From contig NIVC01001185.1 of the NCBI GenBank assembly GCA_002269645.1, forward strand, positions 62,001 through 126,000: DNA of 64,000 bases, given 5' to 3'. The position numbers and the translations under genes were made by a program. Positions 1 through 13,000 of this stretch are shown one piece after another (the first letter of the stretch is position 1; the number at the start of each line of letters is the position of its first letter). A model generated the notes under the pieces. It was not told where the DNA came from and ran no database searches. It worked only from the letters and a program-made list of their open reading frames with translations. The stretch is from Macrostomum lignano (lineage: Eukaryota).

Positions 1-60
1 TCAAGGGTCTGAATTGTACGACAAACCTCCGGCCAATTATCTTGTACGAAGCCCAAACTA

Positions 61-134
61 ATGTAGCTGCGCAGGGGATCGAACCAAGTGGCGCAACAAC
101 TGTACGCGTTTATACCACTGAGCTGCTCCGCCCC
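61..134 (-). mobile_element. tRNA-derived SINE head (Pol III A/B boxes)
   Basis: Reverse complement reads GGGGCGGAGCAGCTCAGTGGTA...GGTTCGATCCCCTG, i.e. an A-box and a B-box at tRNA-like spacing. It does not fold into a clean cloverleaf. Confidence 0.5.
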
Positions 135-521
135 ACAGTCAACTACCGAAACGGTGCATAAGTGAGATTTCTTAACGTCTGCGAAATTGAGTCCTTTCAT
201 AACACACCGTATGCTTCGTAGCCAGCAAACAAATATACGACACGGTTAAAGACATTTGATTATAGTGCATTTTCAGCCACGCAGAAGCCCCAAAAAACGA
301 GGGAAACAAGTACAGGTGCCATATGCCCTACTCACAGTAGCAATAATGGCACAGTTTGATCATATATTTGCCTTAGAAGCTAACCGATCATATATTTAAA
401 AAAACTGGAGGCTTGAGTTTTACCGATTGACAACTATAACTGCAGCTACCAAAATTATTGCGTTGTTATTGTTAGACAAGTCAATATTATTCCTGTAGCA
501 ACAGACAGTTCCACTAAAATT

Positions 522-995
522 TCAAGCAACAGTGACGAGCATGTAGTCTGCTGGATTTACGAAGTCCTTCTACTTACCAATCTGAAGGCGGAACAGAATT
601 TTGGCAGATCCGTGCGATTAGCCCCTGTCTGAGCCCACACACATTCATCGGATCGCACGAAAATCACCATGACGCCAGCATCTTTATTGCAGCCACTATA
701 TGCCATATATTGATGAAGAAGTGTCGTTTTGGCTCGTTCGGTTCACCACCATAATGTCCAACCACAGAAAAGTAGTTGTAGGTCCTGGACGCCAGATCCA
801 AGTCCGGCTCGCTGCCGACTAGCCTGTCCTTGCTGAACCAGTTCGTCGCATTCAGTCCTGAGAATGTGACGTCGAACGAGATCTTCAACCCCGTGACGCC
901 ATTTTTAAGCAGCTCGACTTGCCGGGACACGAGTCTCACGAGATCCGGAAGTCGGTCGAGCTAACACGATCGCCAGAAGTTGAGCAGAGGCAGCG
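522..995 (-). pseudogene. Inverted, disabled paralog of the 2547-3500 gene (C-terminal domain)
   Basis: Aligns by eye to about 3020-3500 (LDRLPDLVRLV...TNWFSKDRLVGSEPDLDLASRTYNYFSVVGHY...DYMLVTVA*). It carries an indel near 925, an extra 2 nt near 708, a 1-nt deletion near 600 and a premature TAG replacing Trp. A hydrophobic signal-like remnant continues to about 1085. Confidence 0.8.
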
Positions 996-1804
996 TCTTG
1001 AATGTATTCGACTGTTCCTGTGACTCGACTGCTGACGGCATTCGGACCATGATAAGAATGATGCTTATGAAAAGACATTCTTTCTATAAGTCTTGGCTGT
1101 GAAAGTTGGAAAGCAACAGGTTTTTTAGTCACTATCATCACTTTTTAAATCGCATCATCATATGTAAATCATGTCTATCGATGCATTGATTCGGCTTAGG
1201 CACTCACCAGAGAATCGTCGTTTTAAGCTGCTAAGGAAATTGCTTTGGGTGAGACTTAGGGGAACAGACCTTGGATTAGGTAAACGGATTCCATGATAAT
1301 ATAAAGGTGAGAATAATTGACAGCTAAGGTGAAGAAACAATACCAACGTGCGATTGACACCCGGTCGATCCCATCGAATGATAGGGAAGAACGGTTGAAC
1401 TTTCACTATCTGTTAGAAAGCAGTTGGAAATTGCGTCTGAATTAAGACACAATGCGTTGGAATGACTATATGTCTTTATATCGATTCACGACCTATTGGA
1501 TTGGCGTAGAAAAAAACAAAGGAAGATTGGAAAAAGAGGTCTAAGTCAGTGCTGGGAATAAAGATAATGATAAGCTTTCAGACTGTTTTTTGGAAAATTC
1601 AGGCCTCAGACTGCATGCGTGCTAGCAAGATTCATGGAATAAATTTTCCTTAAGAATCGACGTTAGCAACAGTCCGATGAGGCTTCAGATTAAAGTTGTA
1701 CAATAGTTTTGCTCCAAAAGAAGTTGAAAGTCCTCTTTAAGCGTTTAGTTTGGACTTCACAAGCATAGAAAATAGTACGATGTACATCACTTCTTCATCA
1801 ACGG

Positions 1805-1941
1805 CACTTCTTCATCAATATGGCATATAGTGGCTGCAATAAAGATGCTGGCGTCATGGTGATTTTCGTTCGATCCGATGAATGTGTGTGGGCTCAGACA
1901 GGGGCTAATCGCACGAATCTGCCAAAAATTCTGTTCCGCCT
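1805..1941 (+). pseudogene. 137-bp gene fragment, near-identical inverted copy of 586-723
   Basis: CACTTCTTCATCAATATGGCATATAGTGG...CTGTTCCGCCT is the reverse complement of 586-723 with only a few differences. It is homologous to about 3298-3435 of the intact gene. Confidence 0.85.
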
Positions 1942-2546
1942 ACATGTACGAGAGCTAAAATACGCCTAACGTGCTGTATGACCTTCAACACTAGCAGATG
2001 TTGAAGTCAACGGCAAATGCGCTGAACATTCAAAGGGCTTTGTACTAGCTCATTGGACTGTTGGTGGTCCACTTAGATAACGACCCATCACAATTTAGTA
2101 TGCGATAGATTTAAAAAGATGCCCATCAGATAACTGTTTGCAGTGACGATATACTCGTATATGCTAAAAGTTTTTTCTACACGTGAGAAGTGAGGAATTG
2201 CCTAAAAGCTAATGCAAGTGCTAAACACTTGATCGGCTAAAGTTTCTGTCAGTAAAGTAAAATATCAAACCATATCTAAAAGCGCTTAATTGAAGTCTGG
2301 CAGATTATTGATCTACAGTTGAAACGGGGTTTTTTACAGACAAGATAGTCGGTATGGTGCTAAAATACTCGTACATTCAGGCATTTAAACACGTTGACTT
2401 TCTCTAAACTTTCGGGCCTGATGTGGCTGAGTAGCTAAAAGCCATTAGCGCGTCCTGACCAACTGCCGTTGCTAGGGTGTAAATTTAAATGATGGGGATC
2501 TTGTTAAATATTGCAAAATTCCTATCGAGATTTTCAGATAAGCTAC

Positions 2547-3500
2547 ATGATTCTGCTGCAGCTCAGGATGCAGTTAAGCCTTTTATCCTACCTGTCATTA
2601 ATGGCTCTCTTTGCCTCGGTAGAATCCAGCGCCTTCGAGTCGGACAGGCAGTCGGAGTACTTTAGACAGATGTGGCTACCCGGTGTTGCGACCAGTTGCC
2701 GCAGGCTGTTAAATATTCAAACGAAGTATCCAGCCAACTGCCTGTTGCGTTGGATGCAGCTGAAGCGGGAGGGTGCTGACCCTCACTTCATTCACTTCAC
2801 CCCTTCGGCTGAAACTGCAGGCTGCGAGATCTCCACCTGGTGCGACCAACTGCTTCTGAACGAGTCGGAGCCGCGCACTGCACTGCTGCCGACGTCTCAA
2901 AGCCAGCCGAGACTCGTGGTGTTTGCGGTCAAGTCCTATAGCAAAGTCAACGTCCTGGACTCGTATCTGTCGCCCGTCAACTGCAACCGGTCTCTTTTGC
3001 TGTCGCCGCTTGTCGGACCGCCTCCGCTCGACTTCTGGCGATCGTGTTGGCTCGACCGACTTCCGGATCTCGTGAGACTCGTGTCCGGCAAGACGATCTC
3101 GGTCGAGCTGCTCAAGAACGGCTTCACGGTGTTGAAGATCTCGTTCGACGCCACGTTCTCAGGACTGAATGCGACGAACTGGTTCAGCAAGGACAGGCTG
3201 GTCGGCAGCGAGCCGGACTTGGATCTGGCGTCCAGGACCTACAACTACTTTTCTGTGGTTGGACATTATAGTGGTGAAGCAAGCGGGCCAAAAAGGCCCT
3301 TTTTCATCAATATGGCATATGGTGGCTGCGGTGTGGATTTTGGAGTCATGGTTATTGTCGAGCAGTCGAATGACGTCTGTGCGTGGGCACAGACAGGTGG
3401 CAGCCGCACGGATCTGCCAAAAATTTTGTACAACCTTCAGGTTGGAAATTGGAAAGATTTTGTAAATTCAGCGGACTACATGCTCGTCACTGTCGCTTGA
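2547..3500 (+). CDS. Uncharacterised secreted protein (signal peptide, Cys-containing PAN/apple-like N-terminal part, invertebrate C-terminal domain with NWFS...FFIN..YGGC..D.G motif)
   Basis: Uninterrupted ORF. First ATG is at 2547 (alternative 2568), followed by the hydrophobic leader MQLSLLSYLSLMALFASVESSA. Codon usage is GC-rich and exon-like. A TTTTCAG acceptor-like site lies 10 nt upstream. Domain identity is from memory and unverified. Confidence 0.7.
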   Translation: MILLQLRMQLSLLSYLSLMALFASVESSAFESDRQSEYFRQMWLPGVATSCRRLLNIQTKYPANCLLRWMQLKREGADPHFIHFTPSAETAGCEISTWCDQLLLNESEPRTALLPTSQSQPRLVVFAVKSYSKVNVLDSYLSPVNCNRSLLLSPLVGPPPLDFWRSCWLDRLPDLVRLVSGKTISVELLKNGFTVLKISFDATFSGLNATNWFSKDRLVGSEPDLDLASRTYNYFSVVGHYSGEASGPKRPFFINMAYGGCGVDFGVMVIVEQSNDVCAWAQTGGSRTDLPKILYNLQVGNWKDFVNSADYMLVTVA

Positions 3501-5002
3501 ATTCTGTTTGAAAATCTAATCTGGAACTTTTGGTCTGAATTGAGGATGAAAAACAAAGCCGGCATGATGTGAGAGTGTCTGTCGACGTTTCAAAGGATTC
3601 AATGTCAGAATTTGTATAATTACGACCGAACATTTTACCTCCAAACAAATTTCTATCATTGAGCTAAATCAGTTTGATATATACTCAACAATTTAAGTCG
3701 CCACCTTTGAGAGTGCGTAGTAAATTCCAGCTCATTGACTTTTGAGAGACGCAACTTGCGCCACACGACGCAGTGTTGGGCTGGGTGAGGAGGGATCGGG
3801 AAGAGCGGAGGGCGAGGATTGGATGCATTGAAGCTTCCGCCCGGTTCGCATTGTTTTTTCAAACATTTTTAAAAATCAAAATGGTATGGCCAGGTGACAG
3901 ACGCTGCCAGGTGACAGTGTCGAAAGACACTGCTCACTGGGGCAAAGGGTGGCGACTTTTCAATGTTGCTGAGTATATATCAAGAAAATATAAAGTACAT
4001 GTATGATTAATATTTTCTAGACGATTATAGGATACGCTCGTGTTGGGCCTGGTGCGTGGGGGTTGGGCGTGCGCTTTTACTCCGTGTATCGTTTCTGATT
4101 TTAACTCTGTGCGTGTGCCCTTTGTCTGGGCTCACGCTCTTTGCACGGGTTTGCTCTATCGTGACTTTAATGTACACTGTTGGTGTTTTAGTCCTTGGGT
4201 ACGTTGGGGGTTGCTATGAACCTCACTTATAATAAAATCGTATCGTTGTTTGTCAGTGCACTTGGCACTTTTGTTTTGCCTCGCAAACTCTTTGTTCTAG
4301 ACTTGCTCTCCATGATCCATGAGATATCAATGATCAGAACCTGCATTCGCAACCACCTGCATTACGTTTCTCATCGTAACCTAAGGCACGTCAATAGTGT
4401 GTACATGGCAAGCCAAATTGGCCATTAATTATTTCAGCTTAGACAAAAATAATGAAGAAAAGGCTATAGACAACAAGTTTATTAAACAAAACAATTGAGT
4501 GGAATAAGAAGTGAAACTATGCAGGGCCGGGCAGTAGTAGTATGTCAAAGTTAGTATAGTATGCATGTATTTGATATACAATATGTATACAATGTAGTTT
4601 AACCGTAAAAAATCAATGGTGGAATTCTTATTTGTAGTTCTTGAAGTTCTTAAAAAGTAAAATCTTGATTTAACCTAACAGTTTGGCATCATTCAGCTCA
4701 AAATCTGCAGTGAAAGAGTTTAAGTCATGATTTGGAATAACTGACCGAAGAAAAAACTCAGCATGGTGATTCACGTGATCCGGAGACATTTCTTTGACAT
4801 ATCTTAAATTTCAGTTTACAGGCTTGTTAATCATCGATCAAAGCGGGGGGGGGGGCGGCAAATTGTAGCCGCAATCAGAATTAAAGCTGGAGACTAAATT
4901 AAGTTTTGGAATTGAATTCTTCACTAGGTTGTTGCTCTACAAAACTGAACACAAAACAACTGGAACTATGAAAACACTGTTAGATTGCTAAACATGATTC
5001 TG

Positions 5003-6235
5003 TCACTCAATATATTCACCGCCAATGTCTTTGCACTTCTGCCAGCGATTTACCAGGCCTCTGATTCCGGAACCCACACCACTCGCGTCCGTTTGGCGAA
5101 CAGCTTGATTGCATGCAGCTTTGATATGTGCTCGACGCTGTCGAATCGAATGCCCCGAAGGTGCTTCTTCACAGATGGAAATAAGAAGAAGTCGCATGGC
5201 GACAAATCAGGCGAATAGGGTGGATGTTGGAGCACTTCCCAGCCCCATTTGCTCAGGAGTTCCACGACGTTTTGCTTGCGATGTGCTGGCGCATTGTCGT
5301 GCAGCAGGATCACACCAGATTCCAGCAGATCAGGGCGCTTCTTTCGTATTGCTGGGCGCAACTTCTCCTGCAGAATCCACTTGTAGTAGTCCCCATTGAC
5401 GGTGGTTCCAATTGTGGGACTGCCCAGTTCAGCAGGATTCCTTGGGAATCAAAAAACATGACGTGCATGATCTTCATCGCGCCCTGCTTCCTGATGGCCT
5501 TCTGAGGTCTTGGAGAATGTGCTGGAAGCCATTCTGCAGACTGGGCCTTTGTCTCAGGATCCCAGCTGGCTCCAGCAACAATTCTGTATAGAAAATCCTC
5601 CCCTTCTCGATGGAACCGACGCAGGTGGCTGCTTGAAGCCACAGTTCGCTGCATCTTTTGCTCACCTGTCAGCAGGTGTGGCACCCACTTGCAGAACTTT
5701 TTCTACAGGTGAAGGCGCTCCGTCAGAATGGTGTGGACGCTTCCTACTGACACACCAACGTCTTCTGCCAACTCTTCGCAAGGCCGATCATCATCCAGGA
5801 GCTCTTGCACTTTCTTCACAACAGTCTCGTTGGTTGCAGTCATCGGCCTTCCAGAGCGATCATTGTCCTCAACGCTCTCTCTTCCATCAGCGAACAGCCG
5901 GTACCATTTTCGAACTGTCTGCTCAGTTGGTGCACAGTTGCCAAGCACTTGCTGAAGCTCCCTAAACATATCCGGTGGCCTTTTTCCTTGCAGAAACTGA
6001 AACTTCATCAAGCTTCGAACGTCTTGCTTTGAAAATGATTCAGCCATGGCCAAGAAATTGAGTGGTAGCTGATAGAAATTTTCGCTGCTCTAACATAGTT
6101 GCAAACTGAGGCTTACAACCCTAGGAACGTTTAGGCCATAGAAATAACTTGGTGACATCGCTAAAATTCTGTTTACAACGCTTTCTAAAAATAAATGCCA
6201 AAGGACCGAAAAGAACTTTTTGAATACACCTCGTA
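5003..6235 (-). mobile_element. Degenerate mariner (DD34D) transposon, frameshifted transposase, one TIR
   Basis: Three ORF pieces (5703-6053, 5310-5684, 5050-5361, then 5003-5197) carry HTH, WVPHLL, LLHDNAPAH, YSPDLSPCDFFLF and RWQKC motifs. The first catalytic Asp region (TGDETW) is deleted (IVAGASWDPETK). The 5' TIR TA-CGAGGTGTATTCAAAAAG is at 6216-6235. No matching TIR was found at the 3' side. Confidence 0.9.
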
Positions 6236-9200
6236 ATAGCTACAAAATGGACATGACATCTGTTCAGAAGAAAACTAAACGAATTTGGGCTAATGTGACT
6301 TTTGACAGCATTGGCAGCATGCACTGATCGATATAAGATATTAAGATTGTCACTGTTGAAGTAAATTAAATTTGTGTGGATTTTCAAGGGTGACTAATTC
6401 GCATTGGTTTAAAGCACCACATACATTGTATTTCTCAAGGACGACTGTCCTTGGTATTGCTCTTGGTCATATTGTTTACTGCAATTCCTTGTTGTAAGCC
6501 GGTTCTGTTCTAGTTATTCGACTCGTCGCGGTTATGATGCAAAAAGATTGGCCCCTTGTGCCCTGAGCTCTCAGGTTCCGCTTTCATTTTTTGTTTCCAA
6601 GGCCATAGATAAAAAATTAATGCTGCTCATTGATTGCAATGAGTTTATTACAATTTCAACTTCATGTGGAATTGGAAATTTGTCTGCGGTTTGGCTTTAC
6701 GAACAAAAGTAAAACAAACATTAAATAATAAGAATTAAAAGCATTTACTGCAATGGATAAACTAAGTACGTCCATCTAATGGTTCTGCAAGTCCTCAATG
6801 TTTAAGAGCAACTTGTACTTCGTTTGATACAATAGTTTAAATGTGCAGCATCGCACTTGTTTAACTTTGGCAGAATGAAATATTTTTCTGAGATTAACAG
6901 TCTGACCCGAGTCACTTTGCATGGGGACGGACGGGACGCACAGCTTTGTCAGCTTACCTTTATTATATATCAAACATGAGTTAATGGAAAATCTTGAGTT
7001 AAGCTATTGTATACTATCTCATCTTTTATAATTTGTGGTTCCACCACTGTATATATGGGCATGGCCTACAACTACAAGTCAATAACAATAATTCATTTCT
7101 TCTCAAAATCACAAGCATTTTAAATTGTGGCAGTGCAATGCAAAATGGTACACCACCATGCATGTGATAAATAGGAAAGTGAATCCGGTTGTATTTTGCA
7201 CCCTTGAACCAAAATTTTTATACACGAAAATTCATGTGTGTGTTTTTACATGCATATTGGATATTGACTACAGCCTATTTGGCATATAGTTTTTAAATTT
7301 GATATGATATAGTTAAATATAGCCTAAAGACAAAGTGCATATTTGCTATTTACAAAATACACATTGTATATGTCTGTACTCCCAGTACCAGAAACAGTAC
7401 CAAAAATAAAATACAAAATACAAGTAAGAAACAAAAAATAACTAAGAAAAATGTCTGCAATAGTACAAAATAAATTCTAGCTATTATTATATGCAATACC
7501 ACTGGTTTAACATATTTCATTTAAGCGAATTATACATACATAATAACTTTATATAGGCAAAATACGAGACTTGATGTAATGTATATTTAAAAACTAAAAC
7601 ACCGTATCATGAAACATTCTAGCTAATCAAAACTTAAACAAATATAAATAAAACCAGAAAAGGTGTTAGTGTCAATAATAATAACAACAACAAAATATAT
7701 GGCCCCACATGCAAAGTCACAATTAGAATATTATAATGTATAATTTTTTAAATGCAATTATATACTATATAAAATATATTGCAATAGGCTTTGTTTTTAG
7801 TAAACACACTTATTATATTTCTTAAAAACCTATAAAATTCGAAAACTATTACTTTTTTGTGTTGAAGGAATGTTAGAAATATTTTGTATATTTTGTATAT
7901 TTTATAGGATGATTTGTTTAAAATGGTAATAAAATTTTTACTATAAATAGGGGCCAGCTGAGGGCCTAACCAAAATATACTTCCTTTTGCATTGGTTTCT
8001 TCCTCTCTCGCCTTTGAGCTCAAAGCTTCGATTGTGCAGATAAAATTTGATCAGCCATTGGGCTTGAAATCACTCATGTTACTTATTTCAAGTAGTAGAT
8101 AGTGACTTAGGAATCACCACAAGAGTGGGAGTTCAGTATGTTCTCAGAGAACGAGAAATCCTAGACTTTCTAGGAATCCTAGAAATCCTAGGAATCACCC
8201 CAAGAGTGGGAGTTCAGTCCATTCTTAGAGAATGAGAAATCCTAGACTTAGGAGTCTAGTAACCTGCCTCTAGAAGGCAGAAATCCTACCACAGGGTAGA
8301 GAAATTCAGGCTTAGAGTTTGAGAAACCCGCCTCAGGGCAGAATACCTAGCAAAGTGCACTGTGACCCTCTGGTTCCAGGAATGCCCAGGACTGAGAATA
8401 ATATCTTTAGAGGAGTATAGGGATAGGATAGACGGTGCCTAAAGACCACTCAGGCTAGGAAGTACAATAGAAGTATATATGCTACCAATAAAAATACATA
8501 CACTACCAATAGAAGTACATGTGGTACTAGTAAAAGGCAAGTAATAACCAGTAAGATTAATAAGAAGAGATAGGTCTAACCCTGTAACAACTTTGGTGTC
8601 TCAATGGTGGGATTTCTAGAATGAGCCAAAAGGCCTGTTACAATATCTTATCTCATTATATTAAATTTTTATATCATAGTTCAATTTCTAATAGACACTT
8701 AAAGATAGGATTTTGGTATTCCCATCCTATAACCCATCCCCCTAACTGCAGCTGCTTAAGGGGATATATCGCCATCCCTATATCTCTCTCCCCTAGCTAT
8801 GCCACTGATTATAGACTATACTATGACTAAGGTTATAAAATATCTAAAATTATACTTATAATAACAAATTATTTCAAGATTTTATTGAAAACATTATAAT
8901 TAAAGTTTATGCAAATATCTTTTAAAAAATTATAACTGTCTTAGGGGTTTTCTCTTCTATCATCTAAAAACTATCCTACCAGTTGGCCACCAAGTTGTCC
9001 TAGCATTTTAGGGGTTATTCTTTCTATTACTTAATCTTATAACTGACACCAAAGTTGTTGTAAGGCTTACTTCCTTCTTAATAAAAAATCCTACTAATGC
9101 TACTAGCTGTGACAGGGATTTTTGCTTCCCTGTCTAATATTTTTCAGCTAATTACTACTTTCTATGTAGCTTTCTAGAATTGTTCTGGTAGTGTTGATGT

Positions 9201-10031
9201 ATTCTTGGCCTGAGAAGTCATACTATTCTCTAGTCTCTTGGGCATTAGGTCTGGATTAGAGGGTCATGGCACTTACTCTAAACATGTACTCTCTTTGCAT
9301 GTACTCCCAAATTTCTCAAATGCTTCTTGGAATCTCTTACTGTAAAATGTTTAAAGGAGTCTAAGAATGATTTTTAGTGAACACATTTTGAAGCTTATAG
9401 CAAGAGTGCAAGCTGCAAACAAGTTCATCTTTTCTTCCCTCAAAATTCACTCCTATTTATACAATTTTTTTTATGTTGAAAACAAATTTTACAACTCAAA
9501 AAGATTTTGTCAATTAAAACAAACATATAACTTTTGTGTAATTTTAAAACTAGAGTTTCTAAGAAATGATAACCGCTGCTACATAACATACAAATTCTCT
9601 TTCTTGGTACAAATTTAAATTTGATTGAATTTGCCCTAAGCAAACAATCCTTTAAGATTTCTTTTTTAATTATACCACCTTGGCTATAGTATTTACATAA
9701 CTAATTTACCTGAGAATGTTTTTTACAAAAAATAAAAATAATGCAAGGTGCAAATCCAATATTTCCCTCTGACCCCATAGTCAATCTGCCAGTGATAATA
9801 CATTTTTATTAATCTAATTTAAACTAATTAAAGGCTACTTAATCCCAATAGATTAAAAAGAATACAATAAAAATGTCTTGGTTTATTATCCTTGATACTA
9901 AATATTTGTAAACTAGAATAAATTTATTTAAATGAGTATATATTTTAATACTTACGATAGTTTTATTTATGTATAGATATATATTTCAGATAAAAATGCT
10001 ACTACAATAAAAATTGTTATAAATAATCAAC

Positions 10032-13000
10032 ATGTCAATCAAAGAGTTTCGAGAAGCCTTCAGTGAGCAATATAGTGGTAAGTTTAAATAATTTAAGATA
10101 AATTTAAATTGGTTTATTTTACTTTCTGCATAAAATTAAGCCTAGGATTGTTAAACCAGAGAGTGTACATGCCTGGCAATTAGAAAGTCAGGCCTGCTGT
10201 GCACCCTGTGTGAGCATGTGCGAGTGTGTGTCTGCGTACAGTATTGGCGCGCTTGTGTGCACTCAGGAGTCACCGAAATGGGCAGAATTGCTGATGTCAT
10301 CGAAGGCATTGCGCCAGGGTGCCCAAAACCATTTTAAATTATTTGTTTATCTATAATACAACAGGGGTTAGCAAACTCTGGCCCACAGGCCCCTGAAGCT
10401 CTTTGAAACTTTACCAGTTTCTCCTTCTCTCCCCTCTTCTCTTCCCCTCTCCTCTCTTCTCTCATCTCTAAACATCTCTTCCCTCTCCTTCACACCCTTA
10501 CCTTGCCCTTCACACAAGGCTCGTGAATTCAAGTGTAACTGAGGGCATGCTTGGGCGCAACCTTGGGATTCACTCGGCCGTTTCTATTGGCAACACACAC
10601 ATGTAAGTCGCTATTGGACGGAATAGTAGTCACGTGACTGCTCTCAGCCAATAGCGACTTACATGTATGTGTTGCCAATAGAAACGGCCGGGTGATTCCC
10701 AAGGTTGCGCACGTATGACTGAGGGGCTCCATCATACATTGGCCAGGTCTGGTGGCTTCTGGCGAATTCGCTGCCACCGACTATGACCGCCTGATGTCCG
10801 ACGATGCCTACTGCAACTGCTTCGCCGGAGCCGCTCGCGCTGGCAACCTGGAGGCCCGTCTGCAGCTGGCCGAAGCCTGCCTCCGATGGCGCTGTCAGGA
10901 CCAGATCAGCGGCCTGACGGAGGCCGACTTTCCACTTGAAGCGTTGCAAAAAGGCTCCGTATTCTTTCACAGCGAAGATCGCGAAGGTCATCCTATACTG
11001 TACTTTCGCATTCAGGACAGCGGCAAGACCTCTCCAGATGAGCTGCTACAAATTCGCCAGTTTATCGGCTGGCTGTTGGATTCGAGGCATCGGCGTCAAC
11101 CGGAGCAGAAAGTCTCCCTACTATTCGATATGACTAACGCTGGAGTGGCCAATTTAAACTTAGATCTGGTTAGATTTGTTGTACGCGCGTTCCAGGTGTA
11201 CTATCCTGGTTTACTAGGCTATTTGTTCGTGTATGAGATGCCCTGGGTGCTGACTGGTTAGTATCTGACATTTGTTTGTTTATTGTCTCATGAGGTAACA
11301 CTGAGGTTTCAAGTGATTAGTTAGATAAGAACCGAGATCGAGGTACTTTGTAGGCGTTGACAAAAATCTGGTAAATGGAGATGAAAAAAAGGTGAATCAA
11401 GGTGAGATTAGAGTTTATCGGGGTGATATTAGAATCAATCAGGGTGAGATTAGAATCAATCGGGGTGAGGAAATGGAGGTGAGAATAGAGGAAATGGAGA
11501 TGTGAATAAAGGGAGTGAAGATGATAATAGAGGGAATGAGGATGAGAATAGAGGGAATCGGTGTAAGAATAGAGGCGTAGAGGGAACGACGTTGGTGAGA
11601 ATTGAGGCAGTAGAGGTGAGAAGGAATAGTGGTGAGATTAATAGAACGAGATGCAAGAATAGAGGAAATGAAGGGGAGAATGGAGAAGTCAGGCTACGAA
11701 AAGCAGAAGAATCCTCTTTGATGTGAGCAGTGGAATTGGGTAATGACTTTTTTAACAACATTGCCCGTTTCACCAGCCGCATGGAAGGTGATTCGCTCGT
11801 GGCTAGACAAAGAGGCACAAAAGAAGATCATCTTTTTAAAGCGTTCCAACGTACAAGAGTACATCGCGCCCGACAAGCTGTGGGTGCACATGGGCGGTAC
11901 GGACGATTATCAGTACGAGTACTCGCCGGGTATGCTCACGGGAGATACTGCCGAGTATCCGACATCCGGAGACGAATGCGGCGATGTCGAATTTGTCGAC
12001 GCCGAGAATAGCATGCAGGTGTCTCTGCCGGTGAGTTGAGGAATTAAGCAGGGTGTCTGCTATTGGGTAGATGTCGGTTGCTAGGGAGATGTCGATTGTT
12101 GAATAAGGATGTCGGTTATTAGGGAGATGTCGATTGTTGAATAAGGATGTTGGTTATTAGGGAGATGTCGATTGTTGATTAAGGATTTCGGTTGCTAGGG
12201 AGATGTCGATTGTTGAACAAGGATGTCGGTTATTAGGGAGATGTCGATTGTTGAATAAGGATTTCGGTTGCTAGGGAGATGTCGATTGTTGAATAAGACT
12301 GTCGGTTATTAGGGATATGTCGATTGTTGAATAATTATGTTGGTTATTAGGGAGATGTCGATTGTTGAATAGTTATGTCGGTTGCTAGGACGATTTTGGT
12401 TGCTAGGTAGATGTTGTTTGCTAGTGAAATTTTGGTTGCTAGGCAAACATCAATTGCTGGGGCCTTTTCATTTTGCTTGTTCTGGTTCCAGAACCAGAAC
12501 CAATTTGTGAAGTATAACTTTTTGTCTCCATAACTAGAGGGAGATACGTGATATAAATTTTTTATTATTGAATGACAATCGCCAAGAAGAAAGTGAAAAA
12601 TTGTGCTAAGTGAGGTTGCTAAGGCAGTCAAACATTCAACAATTTTAAATAGTTATACTGCTGTTTTTCTTGGAAGATCCGAACCGATTCTGATTCTGGA
12701 ATTGGTAATATGAAAAGCCTCCTGGATTAGGATGTCGGTTGCTAGGTAGTTGTTAGCTGCTAGGGGGCGATTTTCGTCCCGGAATTTCGAGAAAAATGCG
12801 ATTTTAATTCATGAAGTTCATAATTGCTGCAGTCTACAGCGACTCTAGCACGCCTCAGATACGACTCAGAAGAGTCATTTTAGAAGCGCCCTTGAGTCGC
12901 AGACAGTAAAACGGTGCCTAAAATTGACTTTTTGGCGACTCGTACCGGGACAATGGGACATCTCATTGTTCTGGAGCCGTCTAGAGTTACTTCTTTCCCA

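Noticed and set aside
61-134. Functional tRNA gene
   Set aside because: A and B boxes are present, but acceptor and anticodon stems do not pair well; a SINE head fits better.
7990-9400. Fungal RIP-like CpA-to-TpA mutation suggested by CTA/TAG-rich DNA
   Set aside because: Where aligned copies are available the excess changes are at CpG, not CpA, and no reference copy exists here to test this tract.
10500-10750. MITE interrupting a MOSPD2 coding exon
   Set aside because: Removing the MITE leaves an in-frame TAA. A phase-compatible upstream exon (10032-10077) shows the MITE is intronic.
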